A DNA stretch of 52,971 nt from an uncultured Campylobacter sp. GTDB lineage: Bacteria; Campylobacterota; Campylobacteria; Campylobacterales; Campylobacteraceae. This document shows positions 1-10,705 of this stretch, piece by piece; the first letter of the stretch is position 1; each line of letters starts with the position of its first letter. The position numbers and the translations under genes were made by a program. Under the pieces are notes generated by a model. That model was not told the origin of the DNA and searched no databases. It worked only from the letters and a program-made list of their open reading frames with translations. The stretch is taken from contig NZ_CALIBB010000123.1 of NCBI RefSeq assembly GCF_938045595.1, forward strand, positions 1 through 52,971. Direction: 5' to 3'.

Positions 1-212
1 TCTCTGCCTATAGTAGAGCTTTTTATTCTATCTTCCAAGCGATTTGTTATTAGCATCATCGCATTTTGCGTTCTAGCTTCCAGCTGATTTACTGCCCGCA
101 CATGCACGTAAGATTTATAGATCTTAGTGTATAGATCAGCGCCAAACATCGAGATGATACCTAGCACTACGATAACAAACACAAGCTCTATAAGGGTAAA
201 GCCTCTTTTCAT
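1..212 (-). CDS. Prepilin-type N-terminal cleavage/methylation domain protein (pseudopilin); runs off the window edge
   Basis: Not in the ORF track. Manual translation from the ATG at 212 gives MKRGFTLIELVFVIVVLGIISMFGADLYTKIYKSY..., a class III signal (G|FTLIE). AGGAG RBS upstream. Confidence 0.85.
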   Translation of the reverse strand, partial: MKRGFTLIELVFVIVVLGIISMFGADLYTKIYKSYVHVRAVNQLEARTQNAMMLITNRLEDRIKSSTIGR

Positions 213-224
213 CTCGCGCTCCTA

Positions 225-980
225 TTAGTTATGTAGTCTAGTGACGGTTGTCTGAACGCCGACGCCGATATTAGATAAAAATGCTTTTAAAACAACTGAT
301 TTGGCAGTACCATCTTTAGCTACGGCGTCGTTTAGATCCGTAGCAGCAACCCTAACCATCTTTATATTAGTAGGGGCGGCGGACTCGTCGTTAGGTAGAT
401 CTCTAAGAACACCTCTTATATCAGTACCAGTAGCATACTCCGCCGCACTAAAAGGCTCTGTTACATAATCCACATCGACATTAATCCTAGTATTAAGGAT
501 AAAATCACCCTTGCTACTAGAACCCACCAAATTACCGACTGTTATATCCGTCGTGAACCGGTCGAAATCGTCGATATCATTATATCGACCACCTCCAAAA
601 GAAATTGCATTGTTACCCCTGCCAAATTGCCTTTTTGTAGCCGGAGCTTGAGCACTGACCTCGCGCTTACTAGCCTCATTTAAAATTCCTGGCCTAGCTT
701 CCAAAGTGCTATTATCCGATTTCATCGACGGATTTACCGTTAGAATTCTCTTCATGCAGCTTGCATCACCTCCGCAGCTAGCATCTGCTGCGTATGCGCT
801 ATCCCACTGCGCTTTAGATATACGAGACATAAAAGCTTTAGCGTTATATACAAGCTCCTCTTTGATCGCAAGGGCATTTAGCTCGGTGGTTTGCGCGACG
901 ATACGAGGGATTGCCATCGTCGTAATCGCCAAAATCACGATAGTAAAGATCAGCTCGATTAGAGTAAAACCTTTTTTCAT
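225..980 (-). CDS. Prepilin-type N-terminal cleavage/methylation domain protein (type II secretion/competence pseudopilin-like)
   Basis: MKKGFTLIELIFTIVILAI motif. Start moved to the ATG at 980, which follows an AAGGA RBS. Confidence 0.85.
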   Translation of the reverse strand: MKKGFTLIELIFTIVILAITTMAIPRIVAQTTELNALAIKEELVYNAKAFMSRISKAQWDSAYAADASCGGDASCMKRILTVNPSMKSDNSTLEARPGILNEASKREVSAQAPATKRQFGRGNNAISFGGGRYNDIDDFDRFTTDITVGNLVGSSSKGDFILNTRINVDVDYVTEPFSAAEYATGTDIRGVLRDLPNDESAAPTNIKMVRVAATDLNDAVAKDGTAKSVVLKAFLSNIGVGVQTTVTRLHN

Positions 981-1232
981 CTTACATCCTTTCTTTAAAA
1001 TTTTGAAATTACGGAAACGCAAACTTACTCTGCGTTATCGGCGCTAATTATACTATTGTTAAACTTAAATTTAGAATTTATCGCGTAAATTTTTTTGGTT
1101 TACAAAGATTTTTAAGCCCGAACGTACAAAAATTTTAAAGAAATTCCATTTTTAAATTTGAACGCAGAATTTAAGCTTGCATTTACTCAAAGACTATAAA
1201 ATTACGAGCTAAATAAATTCCAAGGATTTTTT

Positions 1233-1880
1233 ATGACAAATCTAAGTAAAATTCTATCCGCTCTCCTATTTATCGCGTTTATCGGCGGCTGCAGCGGCAA
1301 GGGCGACGGCGAGCTTTTTAATCTAAGCCCTGAGGCATGGTATTCTAAAATTTTAGAAGATATCAATAACGCCAGCATGGAGGATGCCGAGAAGCACTAC
1401 ACTAGCTTTTCTAGCGAACACATCGCCTCTCCGCTGCTTGAGGAGATGACACTCATTATGGCGTGGGCTTTTGTGGAGGATGAAAACTACGAGAAAGCAA
1501 ACAAATACCTAGACGAATATATCCGCCTCTACGGCACGACGCAAAAGATCGAATACGCAAGATTTCTAAAAATTAGAGCAAATTTCGATTCCTTTAGTCG
1601 CCCAAATCGCAACCAAAAGCTAATGCTAAACAGCATCGACGAAATTCGAAAATTTATAGCTGAATATCCACAGAGCGAGTATCGTCCGCTACTTGAGACG
1701 ATGCTAACAAAGCTTAGGCTTGCCGAGCATCAGCTAAATATCGACATCAAAGACCTTTACCAGCGCACCGACCGCGAAAGTTCTGCTAAAATTTACGAGC
1801 AACGCATCGAAGAGTCCCCGTTAAACGGCACCGACATCATCAAACCGCGCTCGCCTTGGTACCGCGCGATTTTTGAGTAG
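1233..1880 (+). CDS. bamD: Outer membrane protein assembly lipoprotein BamD (ComL)
   Basis: Lipobox IGGC, TPR-like helical repeats, EHIASPL and YPQSEY motifs; adjacent to lon as in other Campylobacterota. Confidence 0.88.
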   Translation: MTNLSKILSALLFIAFIGGCSGKGDGELFNLSPEAWYSKILEDINNASMEDAEKHYTSFSSEHIASPLLEEMTLIMAWAFVEDENYEKANKYLDEYIRLYGTTQKIEYARFLKIRANFDSFSRPNRNQKLMLNSIDEIRKFIAEYPQSEYRPLLETMLTKLRLAEHQLNIDIKDLYQRTDRESSAKIYEQRIEESPLNGTDIIKPRSPWYRAIFE

Positions 1881-1888
1881 GAGGAGCG

Positions 1889-4396
1889 ATGCAACTGATG
1901 CAAAATACAACCTTCCCTAGCGATCTGCCTATCATCGTCGAGGACGAGCTATTTTTATATCCATTTATGATAGCGCCCCTTTTCATCGGCGACGAGCATA
2001 ACAAAAAAGCCCTCGATCTAGCCGCCAAAAATGAATCTATGATAATGGTCGTAAGCTCAAAGTCGGAATTTAGCGGCGATAGAAGCTTTGGCGGTATCTA
2101 TAACGCAGGTGTCGTGGGCTCCGTGATGAGAACCGTGCCGCTTCCCGACGGTCGGGTTAAAATTTTATTCCAAGGCGCGCTAAAAGGCAAAATCGTAAAA
2201 GAAATTTCGCAAGATCCGCTGGTCGCTACCGTCGATATCATCCACGACGAGCGCGGCAACGATCAGAAATTAGACGCGCTGGTAAGCGTGCTAAAGGAAA
2301 AAACCAAGACGCTTAGCACTCTTACGCATTTTTTCCCGAACGATCTGCTAAAGACCATCGACGACGGCACTGACGCCGCGCGCGTTTGCGATCTGATTTT
2401 AAGCGCACTGCGTCTAAAAAAGCAGGTAGCCTACTCGTTTTTTACCGAGAGCAATTTGCAAAAGCGCCTTTTCAACCTCATCAACTACATCTCCGACGAG
2501 ATCGAAGCGCAGAGGCTCGAAAAGGAGATCAAAAGCAAGGTTCATTCCAAGATCGACAAGACGAACAAGGAGTATTTTTTAAAAGAGCAGCTCAAACAGA
2601 TCCAAAAGGAGCTCGGCGGCGACGCCGATCGCGACGTCGAGATCGAGGAATACCGCAAAAAGCTGGAAGCCAAAAAGCCCTATTTGGGCGAGGATGCCTA
2701 CAAAGAGATCAAAAAGCAGATCGATAAATTTGCCCGCCTCCATCCGGACAGCGCCGATGCGGGGCTAGTGCAGAGCTATCTGGACTGGGTTTTGGAGGTG
2801 CCTTTTGAAAAGACTGCTAAGCACAAGATGTCTATCGAGGGCGTCACCGCGCAGCTAAACAAAGACCACCACTCCCTGAAAAAGCCCAAGGCGCGCATCG
2901 AGGAGTATTTCGCGCTAAAGCAGCTTTTGGAGCTTCGCGGCACAAGCGGCAAAAAGAGCAAAGAGGACGGCAAAAACGGCGGCGCAATCCTGTGCTTTTA
3001 CGGCCCTCCCGGCGTAGGCAAGACGAGTCTTGCAAACTCTATCGCGACCGCGCTTAAGCGCAAACTTATCCGTATCGCTTTGGGCGGGCTTGAGGACGTA
3101 AACGAGCTGCGCGGACACCGCCGCACCTACATCGGCGCGATGCCTGGGCGTATCGTGCAAGGCCTCATCGAGGCAAATCAGATGAACCCCGTCATCGTGC
3201 TTGATGAGATCGATAAAATTTCAAGCTCATACAAGGGCGATCCGACGGCGGTTCTGCTTGAAATTTTAGACCCCGAGCAAAACTCGAGCTTTAGGGATTA
3301 CTATCTAAATTTTAACATCGATCTTAGTAAGATCATCTTTATCGCTACGGCGAACGACGTATCTCTCATACCTGCGCCGCTGCGCGATAGGATGGAGTTT
3401 ATCGAGCTTAGCTCATACACGCCGCAGGAGAAATTTCAGATCGCTAAGGACTATCTGATCCCTCAGGAGCTGCAGCGCCACGGGCTCAAATCCGCCGACG
3501 TAGCGATCAACCCCGCCGCCCTTTCCGAGATCATCGAAGAGTACACGCGCGAAAGCGGCGTGCGAAACCTGCGCCGCCAGATCGCAGCGATCTTCCGTAA
3601 GGTCGCGGTTAAAATTTTAAAGGACAAAGAGTTTAAAAAAATCGTCGTAACGACGAAAAATTTAAGCGAATTTCTAAATAAAAAGGTTTTCGAGATCGAC
3701 GAAGTCGAAAAGTGCGATCAAATCGGCATCGTAAACGGGCTTGCGTGGACTGCGGTAGGCGGCGACGTGCTCAAGATCGAAGCGGTCAAGATCAAAGGCA
3801 AGGGTGCGATGACGATCACGGGCCAGCTTGGCGACGTGATGAAAGAATCCGCGCAGATCGCCTTTAGCGTCGTAAAGGTGCTTATCGACGAGGGCAAGCT
3901 CAAAGCGGCTCAAGACGCGAAGGCGGGCGCGGCAAAAGCCCCGCGCGGCGGTAAAAGCTCCGCATTGCGCGCAAATGGCGGCGCGTCTAAAAGCTCGGCG
4001 GCGCGAAATTTAGGCGCAGAGGAGAATTCCGAAAGCTCAGAGCAGATTTATAACAAATTCGACCTTCACATACACGTGCCCGAGGGCGCGACGCCGAAGG
4101 ACGGACCGAGTGCGGGTATCACGATGAGCACGGCGATCGCGTCGATTTTAAGCGAGCGCAAGGTGCGCGCAGATCTTGCGATGACGGGCGAGATCACGCT
4201 AAGCGGCAAGGTGCTGCCGATCGGCGGGCTTAAGGAGAAGCTCATCGCCGCGCACAAAGCCAAAATCGCCGAGGTTTTGATCCCGCGCAAAAACTACGAG
4301 CGCGACCTAGCAGAGATCCCTGACGAGGTCAAAAACGATCTGAAAATAACGCCGGTAGATCGGATCGAAGAGGTGCTGAAGCTGGCGCTCGTTTAA
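1889..4396 (+). CDS. lon: ATP-dependent Lon protease
   Basis: Walker [10 protein letters not shown], Walker [22 protein letters not shown], catalytic PKDGPSAG and PIGGLKEK. Confidence 0.98.
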   Translation: MQLMQNTTFPSDLPIIVEDELFLYPFMIAPLFIGDEHNKKALDLAAKNESMIMVVSSKSEFSGDRSFGGIYNAGVVGSVMRTVPLPDGRVKILFQGALKGKIVKEISQDPLVATVDIIHDERGNDQKLDALVSVLKEKTKTLSTLTHFFPNDLLKTIDDGTDAARVCDLILSALRLKKQVAYSFFTESNLQKRLFNLINYISDEIEAQRLEKEIKSKVHSKIDKTNKEYFLKEQLKQIQKELGGDADRDVEIEEYRKKLEAKKPYLGEDAYKEIKKQIDKFARLHPDSADAGLVQSYLDWVLEVPFEKTAKHKMSIEGVTAQLNKDHHSLKKPKARIEEYFALKQLLELRGTSGKKSKEDGKNGGAILCFYGPPGVGKTSLANSIATALKRKLIRIALGGLEDVNELRGHRRTYIGAMPGRIVQGLIEANQMNPVIVLDEIDKISSSYKGDPTAVLLEILDPEQNSSFRDYYLNFNIDLSKIIFIATANDVSLIPAPLRDRMEFIELSSYTPQEKFQIAKDYLIPQELQRHGLKSADVAINPAALSEIIEEYTRESGVRNLRRQIAAIFRKVAVKILKDKEFKKIVVTTKNLSEFLNKKVFEIDEVEKCDQIGIVNGLAWTAVGGDVLKIEAVKIKGKGAMTITGQLGDVMKESAQIAFSVVKVLIDEGKLKAAQDAKAGAAKAPRGGKSSALRANGGASKSSAARNLGAEENSESSEQIYNKFDLHIHVPEGATPKDGPSAGITMSTAIASILSERKVRADLAMTGEITLSGKVLPIGGLKEKLIAAHKAKIAEVLIPRKNYERDLAEIPDEVKNDLKITPVDRIEEVLKLALV

Positions 4397-4759
4397 ATTT
4401 AAAGCGCCGTTTTAAATTTAGCCGCGCGCTTCGGCGGAATTTTAAAATATTTATAGCGGCGTGAAATTTCGCCCGTGTGAAATTTTGCCTGCATAAAATC
4501 TATCTGCATGTATTAAAATTTTTCAAATACTTGCAGTAAATTTCATATCCTGTTTGAGGGTGGCGTGAAATTTTATTGCGTAGCGACGCATTGACGCGCT
4601 TGCGGCAAAATTTCTCGCAGTAGTTACGATGAACGTAAAATTTCGTAGAATTTCGCATACGCGCGATCACGTAATGCTGTAAAATTTTACAACCATTTAA
4701 AATTTCAGCTTCGCTTCTAGCGCAAAATTTTATGAAATTTACCTCACAAAAGGAATAAA

Positions 4760-5395
4760 ATGTTTGATTTTAAAAAAGAGTTTAGACAGCTTTACGCGCC
4801 AAAACAGGTCCCGCAAATTTTAACCGTCTCGCCTGCAAATTTCGTCTGCATCCGCGGCGAAGGCGACCCGAACGAATCAGGCGGCGCGTATCAGTGCGCG
4901 ATAGAGGTGCTTTACGCCGTGAGCTACGCGCTAAAAATGAGTTACAAAACCGATTATAAGATCGATGGCTTTTTTGAGTACGTCGTACCACCCCTAGAGG
5001 GGTTTTGGCGACAGAGCGGCTCGGCTTGCGGCGCTGCAGACTACGCTAGAAAGAGCGATTTTAGCTGGATTAGCGCGATTAGACTGCCTGATTTTATCAC
5101 GCGAGAAAATTTCGACTGGGCAGTGCAGCAGGCTGCTTGGAAAAAAAAGCTAGACTGCGGCGCAGCGGAGTTTTTGAGGATAGATGAGGGGCTTTGCGCG
5201 CAAATTTTACACATAGGTAGCTTTGACGACGAGCCCAGAAGCGTTGCTAAAATAGACGAGTTTATCGCCGCAAACGGCTATGCAAAGGACTTTGGCGAGC
5301 AAAGGACGCATCACGAAATCTACCTAAGCGACCCCAGAAAAACCGCGCCGCAAAAATGCAAAACGATAATTAGACTGCCAATTAGAAAAATTTAG
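4760..5395 (+). CDS. GyrI-like small-molecule-binding domain protein
   Basis: GEGDPN, VVPPLEGFW, HIGSFDDE and HHEIYLSDPRK motifs; AAGGA RBS. Confidence 0.85.
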   Translation: MFDFKKEFRQLYAPKQVPQILTVSPANFVCIRGEGDPNESGGAYQCAIEVLYAVSYALKMSYKTDYKIDGFFEYVVPPLEGFWRQSGSACGAADYARKSDFSWISAIRLPDFITRENFDWAVQQAAWKKKLDCGAAEFLRIDEGLCAQILHIGSFDDEPRSVAKIDEFIAANGYAKDFGEQRTHHEIYLSDPRKTAPQKCKTIIRLPIRKI

Positions 5396-5683
5396 CCGTT
5401 TTTTAGCCAAATTCGACTTATATAAAAGCAATACACTATAAGCTTTAGCATATCGTAAATGTCAAAATTTATTCCATAAATCAAGAACGTTAAGCTAAAT
5501 TTAGAATTTATTTCATTTTTACGTAGCCTCATAAATTTTATCATCTCTTTATTTGTTTCAAATTTTAAAATTTACAAAATTCTACTAGTTGCAAACATTG
5601 CCCAACAAACTCCGCAGAACCCCAAATTTAACCCCAGCTTAAGCATAAGATTATATACTTTGGCTTTAAATTTAAGGCGGCAA

Positions 5684-6583
5684 ATGAGATCTCAGAGCGA
5701 ATTTTTCGGCGTTTTCATCACGCTTCTTGGCGGCGTATTATGGGGCTTTAGCGGGGTTTGCGGGCAGTATCTGTTCACGCAAAAGGGCGTCAGCGCCGAC
5801 TGGCTCGTGCCCTACCGCCTAGGCCTCGCCGGGCTTGCGATGGTAGCGTATTATGTCATTCGCTCGCCGCGCCTAGCCTTTGCACCGTTAAAAGATCGCG
5901 CGCTGTTGCCACAGCTGCTCATCTACGCATTTTTTGGGCTTATGATGACGCAGTATTCGTACTTTTGCGGCATCGAGCTCTCAAACGCCGCCGTCGCGAC
6001 CGTGATCCAGTACTCCGCCCCCGCGCTCATCCTCGCCGTCGTTTGCTTTTTACAGCGGCGCGCGCCTAAAAAGGTCGAGCTCATCGCGCTTATTTTAGCG
6101 GTGCTCGGCGTCGTGTTACTCGCCACTCACGGCGATCTGGGCTCGCTTGTTATCAGCGCAGAGGCGCTGGTTTGGTGCCTGATTAGCGCGCTTGGCGTCG
6201 TGGTTTACAGCCTCATCCCAACGAAACTAAATCAAAAATACCCCATTGCGCTAAATTTAGGCTGGGGCATGGTCATCGGCGGCGGCGCGCTCGCGCTTTA
6301 CACGCGGGTTTGGCAGCTAGGCGGCGTGAGCGACGCGCAGGGCTTTGCGGCGCTTGCCGCGGTGGTGATTTTAGGCACGATATGCGCGTTTAGCTTTTAC
6401 ATGACGGGGCTAAAGATAATAGGCGCAAGCAGGGCGAGCATGATCGCGTGCATCGAGCCGGTAAGTGCGGCGGCGTTTGCCTATTTTTGGCTGGGTACGG
6501 AGTTCGTGTTTCTTGATTTTGCGGGCTTTACACTCATAATCTCGTGCATATTTTTGCTGGCTAAAGATAGGAAAAAGGCGTAA
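5684..6583 (+). CDS. EamA/DMT family transporter
   Basis: About 10 hydrophobic segments in two repeats; LWGFSG, ATVIQY and IEPVSA motifs. ATG at 5684 preferred to TTG at 5660. Confidence 0.88.
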   Translation: MRSQSEFFGVFITLLGGVLWGFSGVCGQYLFTQKGVSADWLVPYRLGLAGLAMVAYYVIRSPRLAFAPLKDRALLPQLLIYAFFGLMMTQYSYFCGIELSNAAVATVIQYSAPALILAVVCFLQRRAPKKVELIALILAVLGVVLLATHGDLGSLVISAEALVWCLISALGVVVYSLIPTKLNQKYPIALNLGWGMVIGGGALALYTRVWQLGGVSDAQGFAALAAVVILGTICAFSFYMTGLKIIGASRASMIACIEPVSAAAFAYFWLGTEFVFLDFAGFTLIISCIFLLAKDRKKA

Positions 6584-6596
6584 ATTTGGAGGAGAG

Positions 6597-7019
6597 ATGA
6601 TCTATTTGGCGCAGACCGATACGACGGCGGGATTTTTGAGCAAGGATTTTCGCGAGATAAACGCGCTAAAACGCCGAGCGGCGGACAAACCCTGCCTCAT
6701 AACGACGGCAAAGCTTAGCGAGCTAAAAAATCTCGCTCGCGTGCCCGCTAAATTTAAAAATTTAGTGCGTCGCGCGAGAAAGACAACGTTTTTATACCCA
6801 AACGCCAAGGCCGTGCGCGTCGTAAAAGGGTGCGCTCACGAGGAGTTTTTGAGGCAATTTGACTGGCTTTACTCCAGCAGCGCAAATTTAAACGGACAAA
6901 ACTTCGACGAAACCTGGGCGAAAGGGGCGGCGGATCAGGTCGTGGATCAAAATTTCAGCCAAAACGCAAGCTCGAAAATATATAAAATTTCAAAAACTAA
7001 AATTTTGCGGATTAGATAG
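6597..7019 (+). CDS. Short Sua5/YciO/YrdC family protein (TsaC-like)
   Basis: QTDTTAG (cf. PTDTVYG), KRRAADKP (KxR) and SSSANLNG motifs. Confidence 0.8.
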   Translation: MIYLAQTDTTAGFLSKDFREINALKRRAADKPCLITTAKLSELKNLARVPAKFKNLVRRARKTTFLYPNAKAVRVVKGCAHEEFLRQFDWLYSSSANLNGQNFDETWAKGAADQVVDQNFSQNASSKIYKISKTKILRIR

Positions 7020-7657
7020 AGCTGCCGATTAAAATTTACGCGCGCAAAGAGCGCTCAAAAAGAGATGCTAGTTTATAAATTTAAGCGACTGTGTAAATTT
7101 AAATGGCTCTTATAAATTTCACGAACCGTAAAATTTCGTCATATATAGACCGCGCAAATACCGTCTGGAATTTTAAACAATTGCGAAAAGATCACGGCAG
7201 ACTCGCAGAAAAATCGTATAAAAAGCTATAATCCCCCACATTGCTTTCAAATAGTAAAATTCCTGCCGTTTTCGGAGCCGTAAAATTTCGCTATTGCTAG
7301 CTTTTGAATGAAATTCTATCGTCAGATACTCAATCAAAATTTTATCGCGGCTGCTGCAAGCAGTTTGCGATCAAAATTCTATCATCGCTGATTGTATATC
7401 AAAAGTCCCGCCACCGCTGCCTCACCGCCACTTCCGCCACTACTGCCCTATCTCCACCGCTACCGCAGCAAGCGCCGCAAAGTCGCCCACGTAGCTCACG
7501 CCCTTTAGCTGCTAAACCTATGTGCAAAGTACAAGCGCACGCCCTCCCATTACTGCGCCACGACGGCAGATCCGCGATAAAATTTCCGCCGCCGCGCAAC
7601 GTGTGTCAAGCCAAACGCTGCAAATTTTAAAATTTAAACCGCCTCTCGCCGCGCGGC

Positions 7658-7726
7658 ACCGATAAATTCCAACCGATAAATTCCAACCGATAAATTCCAA
7701 CCGATAAATTCCAACCGATAAACTCC
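7658..7726. repeat. 14-bp tandem repeat ACCGATAAATTCCA, four perfect copies plus one degenerate partial copy
   Basis: Read directly: copies start at 7658, 7672, 7686 and 7700, then ACCGATAAACTCC at 7714. Confidence 0.95.
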
Positions 7727-7892
7727 GCCGACTAGTCCATCATTCCCGTATAAAACATAAATTTTCATGAATTTAACGCCGCCTTTCTTGCTTTATATTA
7801 AAATTTCGCTAAAATTACCGCATTAAATTTGAAGCGCAAACGGCTTAGCTTAAACCGCTTGCGAGCAAATTAAATCCATTCAAGGAGCTTTT

Positions 7893-9269
7893 ATGAGCGG
7901 TGTTGCGTTAATCATCTGCTTCGCCATAGCGGTCGTCGTGATGATTTTTTTGATCTCCAAAGCAGGCGTTCACCCATTTTTGGCGCTAATGCTTATCTCC
8001 CTGGCGCTCGCGATCGTCGCGGGCATACCGCTAGCCAAGATCCCCGCGATTATCGGCGACGGATTCAGCGGCACGTTTAAGAGTATCGGTATCGTCATAA
8101 TCTTCGGCGCGCTCATCGGCACCGTGCTCGAAAAGACGGGCGCGGCGCTCAAACTCGCCGATATGGTCGTAAACGTAGTCGGGCAAAAGCGCCCCGAGCT
8201 TGCGATGCTCATAATGGGCTGGATCGTAGGTATCCCCGTATTTTGCGACAGCGGCTTCGTCGTTTTAAACCCGATCCGAGAAGCGATCAGCAAAAAAATC
8301 GGCGAAAATCCGGTCGCTCTTGCAGTAGCGCTCTCGGGCGGACTTTATGCCTCGCACGTATTCATCCCGCCGACTCCCGGACCGATCGCCGCAGCAGGCG
8401 CCGTGGGTCTAGGCGGCAATCTACTGCTCGTAATCGCAATGGGCGCGGTAGTGTCCTTGCCGGTGCTGATCGCTACATACTTTTTTTCAAAAAAAGTCGC
8501 TAAAAATGTCCATATAAGCGAGGCTGAAGCGAATGAAGTCATCGCAAAAAGCTACGACGATCTGCTTAAACAATACGGCAAATTGCCAGGCGGATTTTTA
8601 AGCTTAGCCCCTATTTTGGTGCCGATCCTATTTATGGCGCTGGGCTCCGTCGCCAAGATCCTAAAAGTAGGCGGATTTGCAGGCGAAATTTCGCAATTTT
8701 TAGGAAATCCTATCATTGCGCTAGCCTTGGGCGTAGTTTTTGCGGTATTTTTGCTCGTACAAACCGGCAAATTAGGCGAATTTAACGAGATCACAAACGA
8801 ATCCTTAAAGATCGTAGGTCCGATCCTCTTCATCACCGCAGCGGGCGGAGTGCTGGGCAAGGTCATCACCGAAGCGGGTTTCGTAACATATATCAAGGAC
8901 AATGCGACCGCGATTAAGGCCGCGGGGATTTTCTTTCCGTTTTTAATCTCGGCTATCCTAAAAAGCGCGCAAGGAAGCTCCACCGTGGCGATCATCACCA
9001 CCGCTTCGATCATGGGCGCATTTAACGCGGACGGCTCGCTGATGCAGGTACTGGGCTTCACCTCCGAAATGTCCGGCGCGCTCGTCGTAATGGCGATCGC
9101 AGCGGGCGCAATGACCGTTTCGCACGCTAACGATAGCTACTTCTGGGTCGTTACGAATTTCAGCAAGATGAACCCGCAGCAAGGCTACCGCACACAGACC
9201 ATGCTAACCCTAATTATGGGCATTACGGGTATGATCAGCGTGTGGATTTTGTCGCTGTTTTTGATCTAG
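7893..9269 (+). CDS. GntP family permease (glycerate/gluconate-type)
   Basis: HPFLAL, IPVFCDSGFVVL, PPTPGP, AQGSSTVA and SHANDSYFW signatures. Confidence 0.93.
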   Translation: MSGVALIICFAIAVVVMIFLISKAGVHPFLALMLISLALAIVAGIPLAKIPAIIGDGFSGTFKSIGIVIIFGALIGTVLEKTGAALKLADMVVNVVGQKRPELAMLIMGWIVGIPVFCDSGFVVLNPIREAISKKIGENPVALAVALSGGLYASHVFIPPTPGPIAAAGAVGLGGNLLLVIAMGAVVSLPVLIATYFFSKKVAKNVHISEAEANEVIAKSYDDLLKQYGKLPGGFLSLAPILVPILFMALGSVAKILKVGGFAGEISQFLGNPIIALALGVVFAVFLLVQTGKLGEFNEITNESLKIVGPILFITAAGGVLGKVITEAGFVTYIKDNATAIKAAGIFFPFLISAILKSAQGSSTVAIITTASIMGAFNADGSLMQVLGFTSEMSGALVVMAIAAGAMTVSHANDSYFWVVTNFSKMNPQQGYRTQTMLTLIMGITGMISVWILSLFLI

Positions 9270-9568
9270 CGGCTCTAAATTTAGGGCAATAAAAGCCCGC
9301 CGTCGCGCTTTAAATTTTACTGCGCGGGGCGGGTCGGCTTTTTTGCTCTAAATTTACACAGCCCCAAGCGCTCTGCCCTCGCCGCTTAAATTCTATCGCG
9401 CGAGCGCGCCTTGCCGTTTAAAACGGCGGCGGTTTAAAATTTTCCTCATTTCCCAATACAGCGACGCGTAAACTCTTCAAAGCTAAATTTAGGGCTAAAT
9501 TTATTAAAATACCAAATTAAAAAGCGGCTTTCGCAATATCCGCGCAAGCCCCGTCTGAAAGGAATTTT

Positions 9569-10705
9569 ATGAAAGTTTTGGTTGTGATCGATTCGTTTAA
9601 AGGCTCTCTTAGCTCGCTTGAGGCGGGCAACGCCGTAAAATCAGGCATCGAAAAGCTAGGCTGCGAGGTGCTCATCAAACCTATCGCAGATGGCGGCGAA
9701 GGAAGCGTTGAAGCCCTTGCCGACGCGCTAAAAGCTAAGTTCATGGACGTTATCGTAGCAAACCCTTTAGGCGAAAAAACGCCCGCGCGCTACGCCTTAA
9801 AAGGCGAGCTAGGCATCTTAGAAATGGCGTCCGCATCAGGTCTGCCACTCATCGAAAAATCGCGCCGTAACCCGCTAAAAACGAGCACTTATGGCTTTGG
9901 CGAGATGATAGCGCATGCGATCGCACACGGCGCGCGAAAGTTTATCATCGGTATCGGTGGAAGTGCTACGAATGATGCGGGCATGGGGATGCTACGCGCG
10001 CTCGGTTTTAAATTTAAAGATGCAAATGGCACAGAGCTTGCGGGAGCGGGCGAGGATCTGATTAAACTCGCCACGATAGATTGCACTTCGGTGCTGCCGC
10101 ATCTTAAAGAGTGTGAGTTTCTTATTGCCTGCGATGTGGATAATCCGCTCTTTGGCGAAAACGGCGCGGCATATATTTACGCTCCGCAAAAGGGCGCGGA
10201 TGCAGCGATGGTAAAGCAGCTCGATGCAGGACTTATAAATTTTGCAAGCGTCGTAAGCAAGCACCTCGGACGCGAGCTTTGGAATAGCCCCGGAGCAGGA
10301 GCTGCCGGCGGGCTAGGCTTTGGCTTTGTGAGCTTTCTAAACGCGACGCTTAAGCCGGGCATCGACATCATCACCGAAGAGATCGGACTGGATCGCGATA
10401 TGAAAGACGCCGAGCTCGTCATCACAGGCGAAGGAAGACTCGATTTTCAAAGCTCGATGGGCAAAACCCCCTGCGGTGTCGCAAAGATTGCCGCTTCCTA
10501 CGGCGTGCCCGTAATCGCGCTGGCAGGCGGCATCTCGCCCTGTGCCGGCGGCTGTAATGAGCGGGGTATAGGCGCATTTTTTTGCATCCTAAACGAACCG
10601 ATGAGCCTTGAGCGCGCGATGGAAAAAGAGACCGCGACACAAAATTTAGCCCGCGTCGCCGAACAAGCGGTGAGATTGTTTCTGCTAGGGCGCAGCGCCA
10701 AATAG
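9569..10705 (+). CDS. Glycerate kinase (class I, GlxK/GarK family)
   Basis: DSFKGSL, PIADGGEG, GIGGSATNDAG, GAGAAGGLG and TGEGRLDFQS motifs. Confidence 0.95.
   Translation: MKVLVVIDSFKGSLSSLEAGNAVKSGIEKLGCEVLIKPIADGGEGSVEALADALKAKFMDVIVANPLGEKTPARYALKGELGILEMASASGLPLIEKSRRNPLKTSTYGFGEMIAHAIAHGARKFIIGIGGSATNDAGMGMLRALGFKFKDANGTELAGAGEDLIKLATIDCTSVLPHLKECEFLIACDVDNPLFGENGAAYIYAPQKGADAAMVKQLDAGLINFASVVSKHLGRELWNSPGAGAAGGLGFGFVSFLNATLKPGIDIITEEIGLDRDMKDAELVITGEGRLDFQSSMGKTPCGVAKIAASYGVPVIALAGGISPCAGGCNERGIGAFFCILNEPMSLERAMEKETATQNLARVAEQAVRLFLLGRSAK

Noticed and set aside
7304..7700. ORFs 7304..7630 (+), 7399..7599 (-) and 7518..7700 (-)
   Set aside because: No RBS or recognisable motif; they arise from C-rich low-complexity and repeat DNA.
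7658..7726. CRISPR array
   Set aside because: The units are 14 bp and directly abutting, with no unique spacers and no cas genes in the window.
7830..7870. Riboswitch in the GntP leader
   Set aside because: Only a short imperfect hairpin (CGCAAACGG/CCGCTTGCG); no recognisable aptamer consensus.
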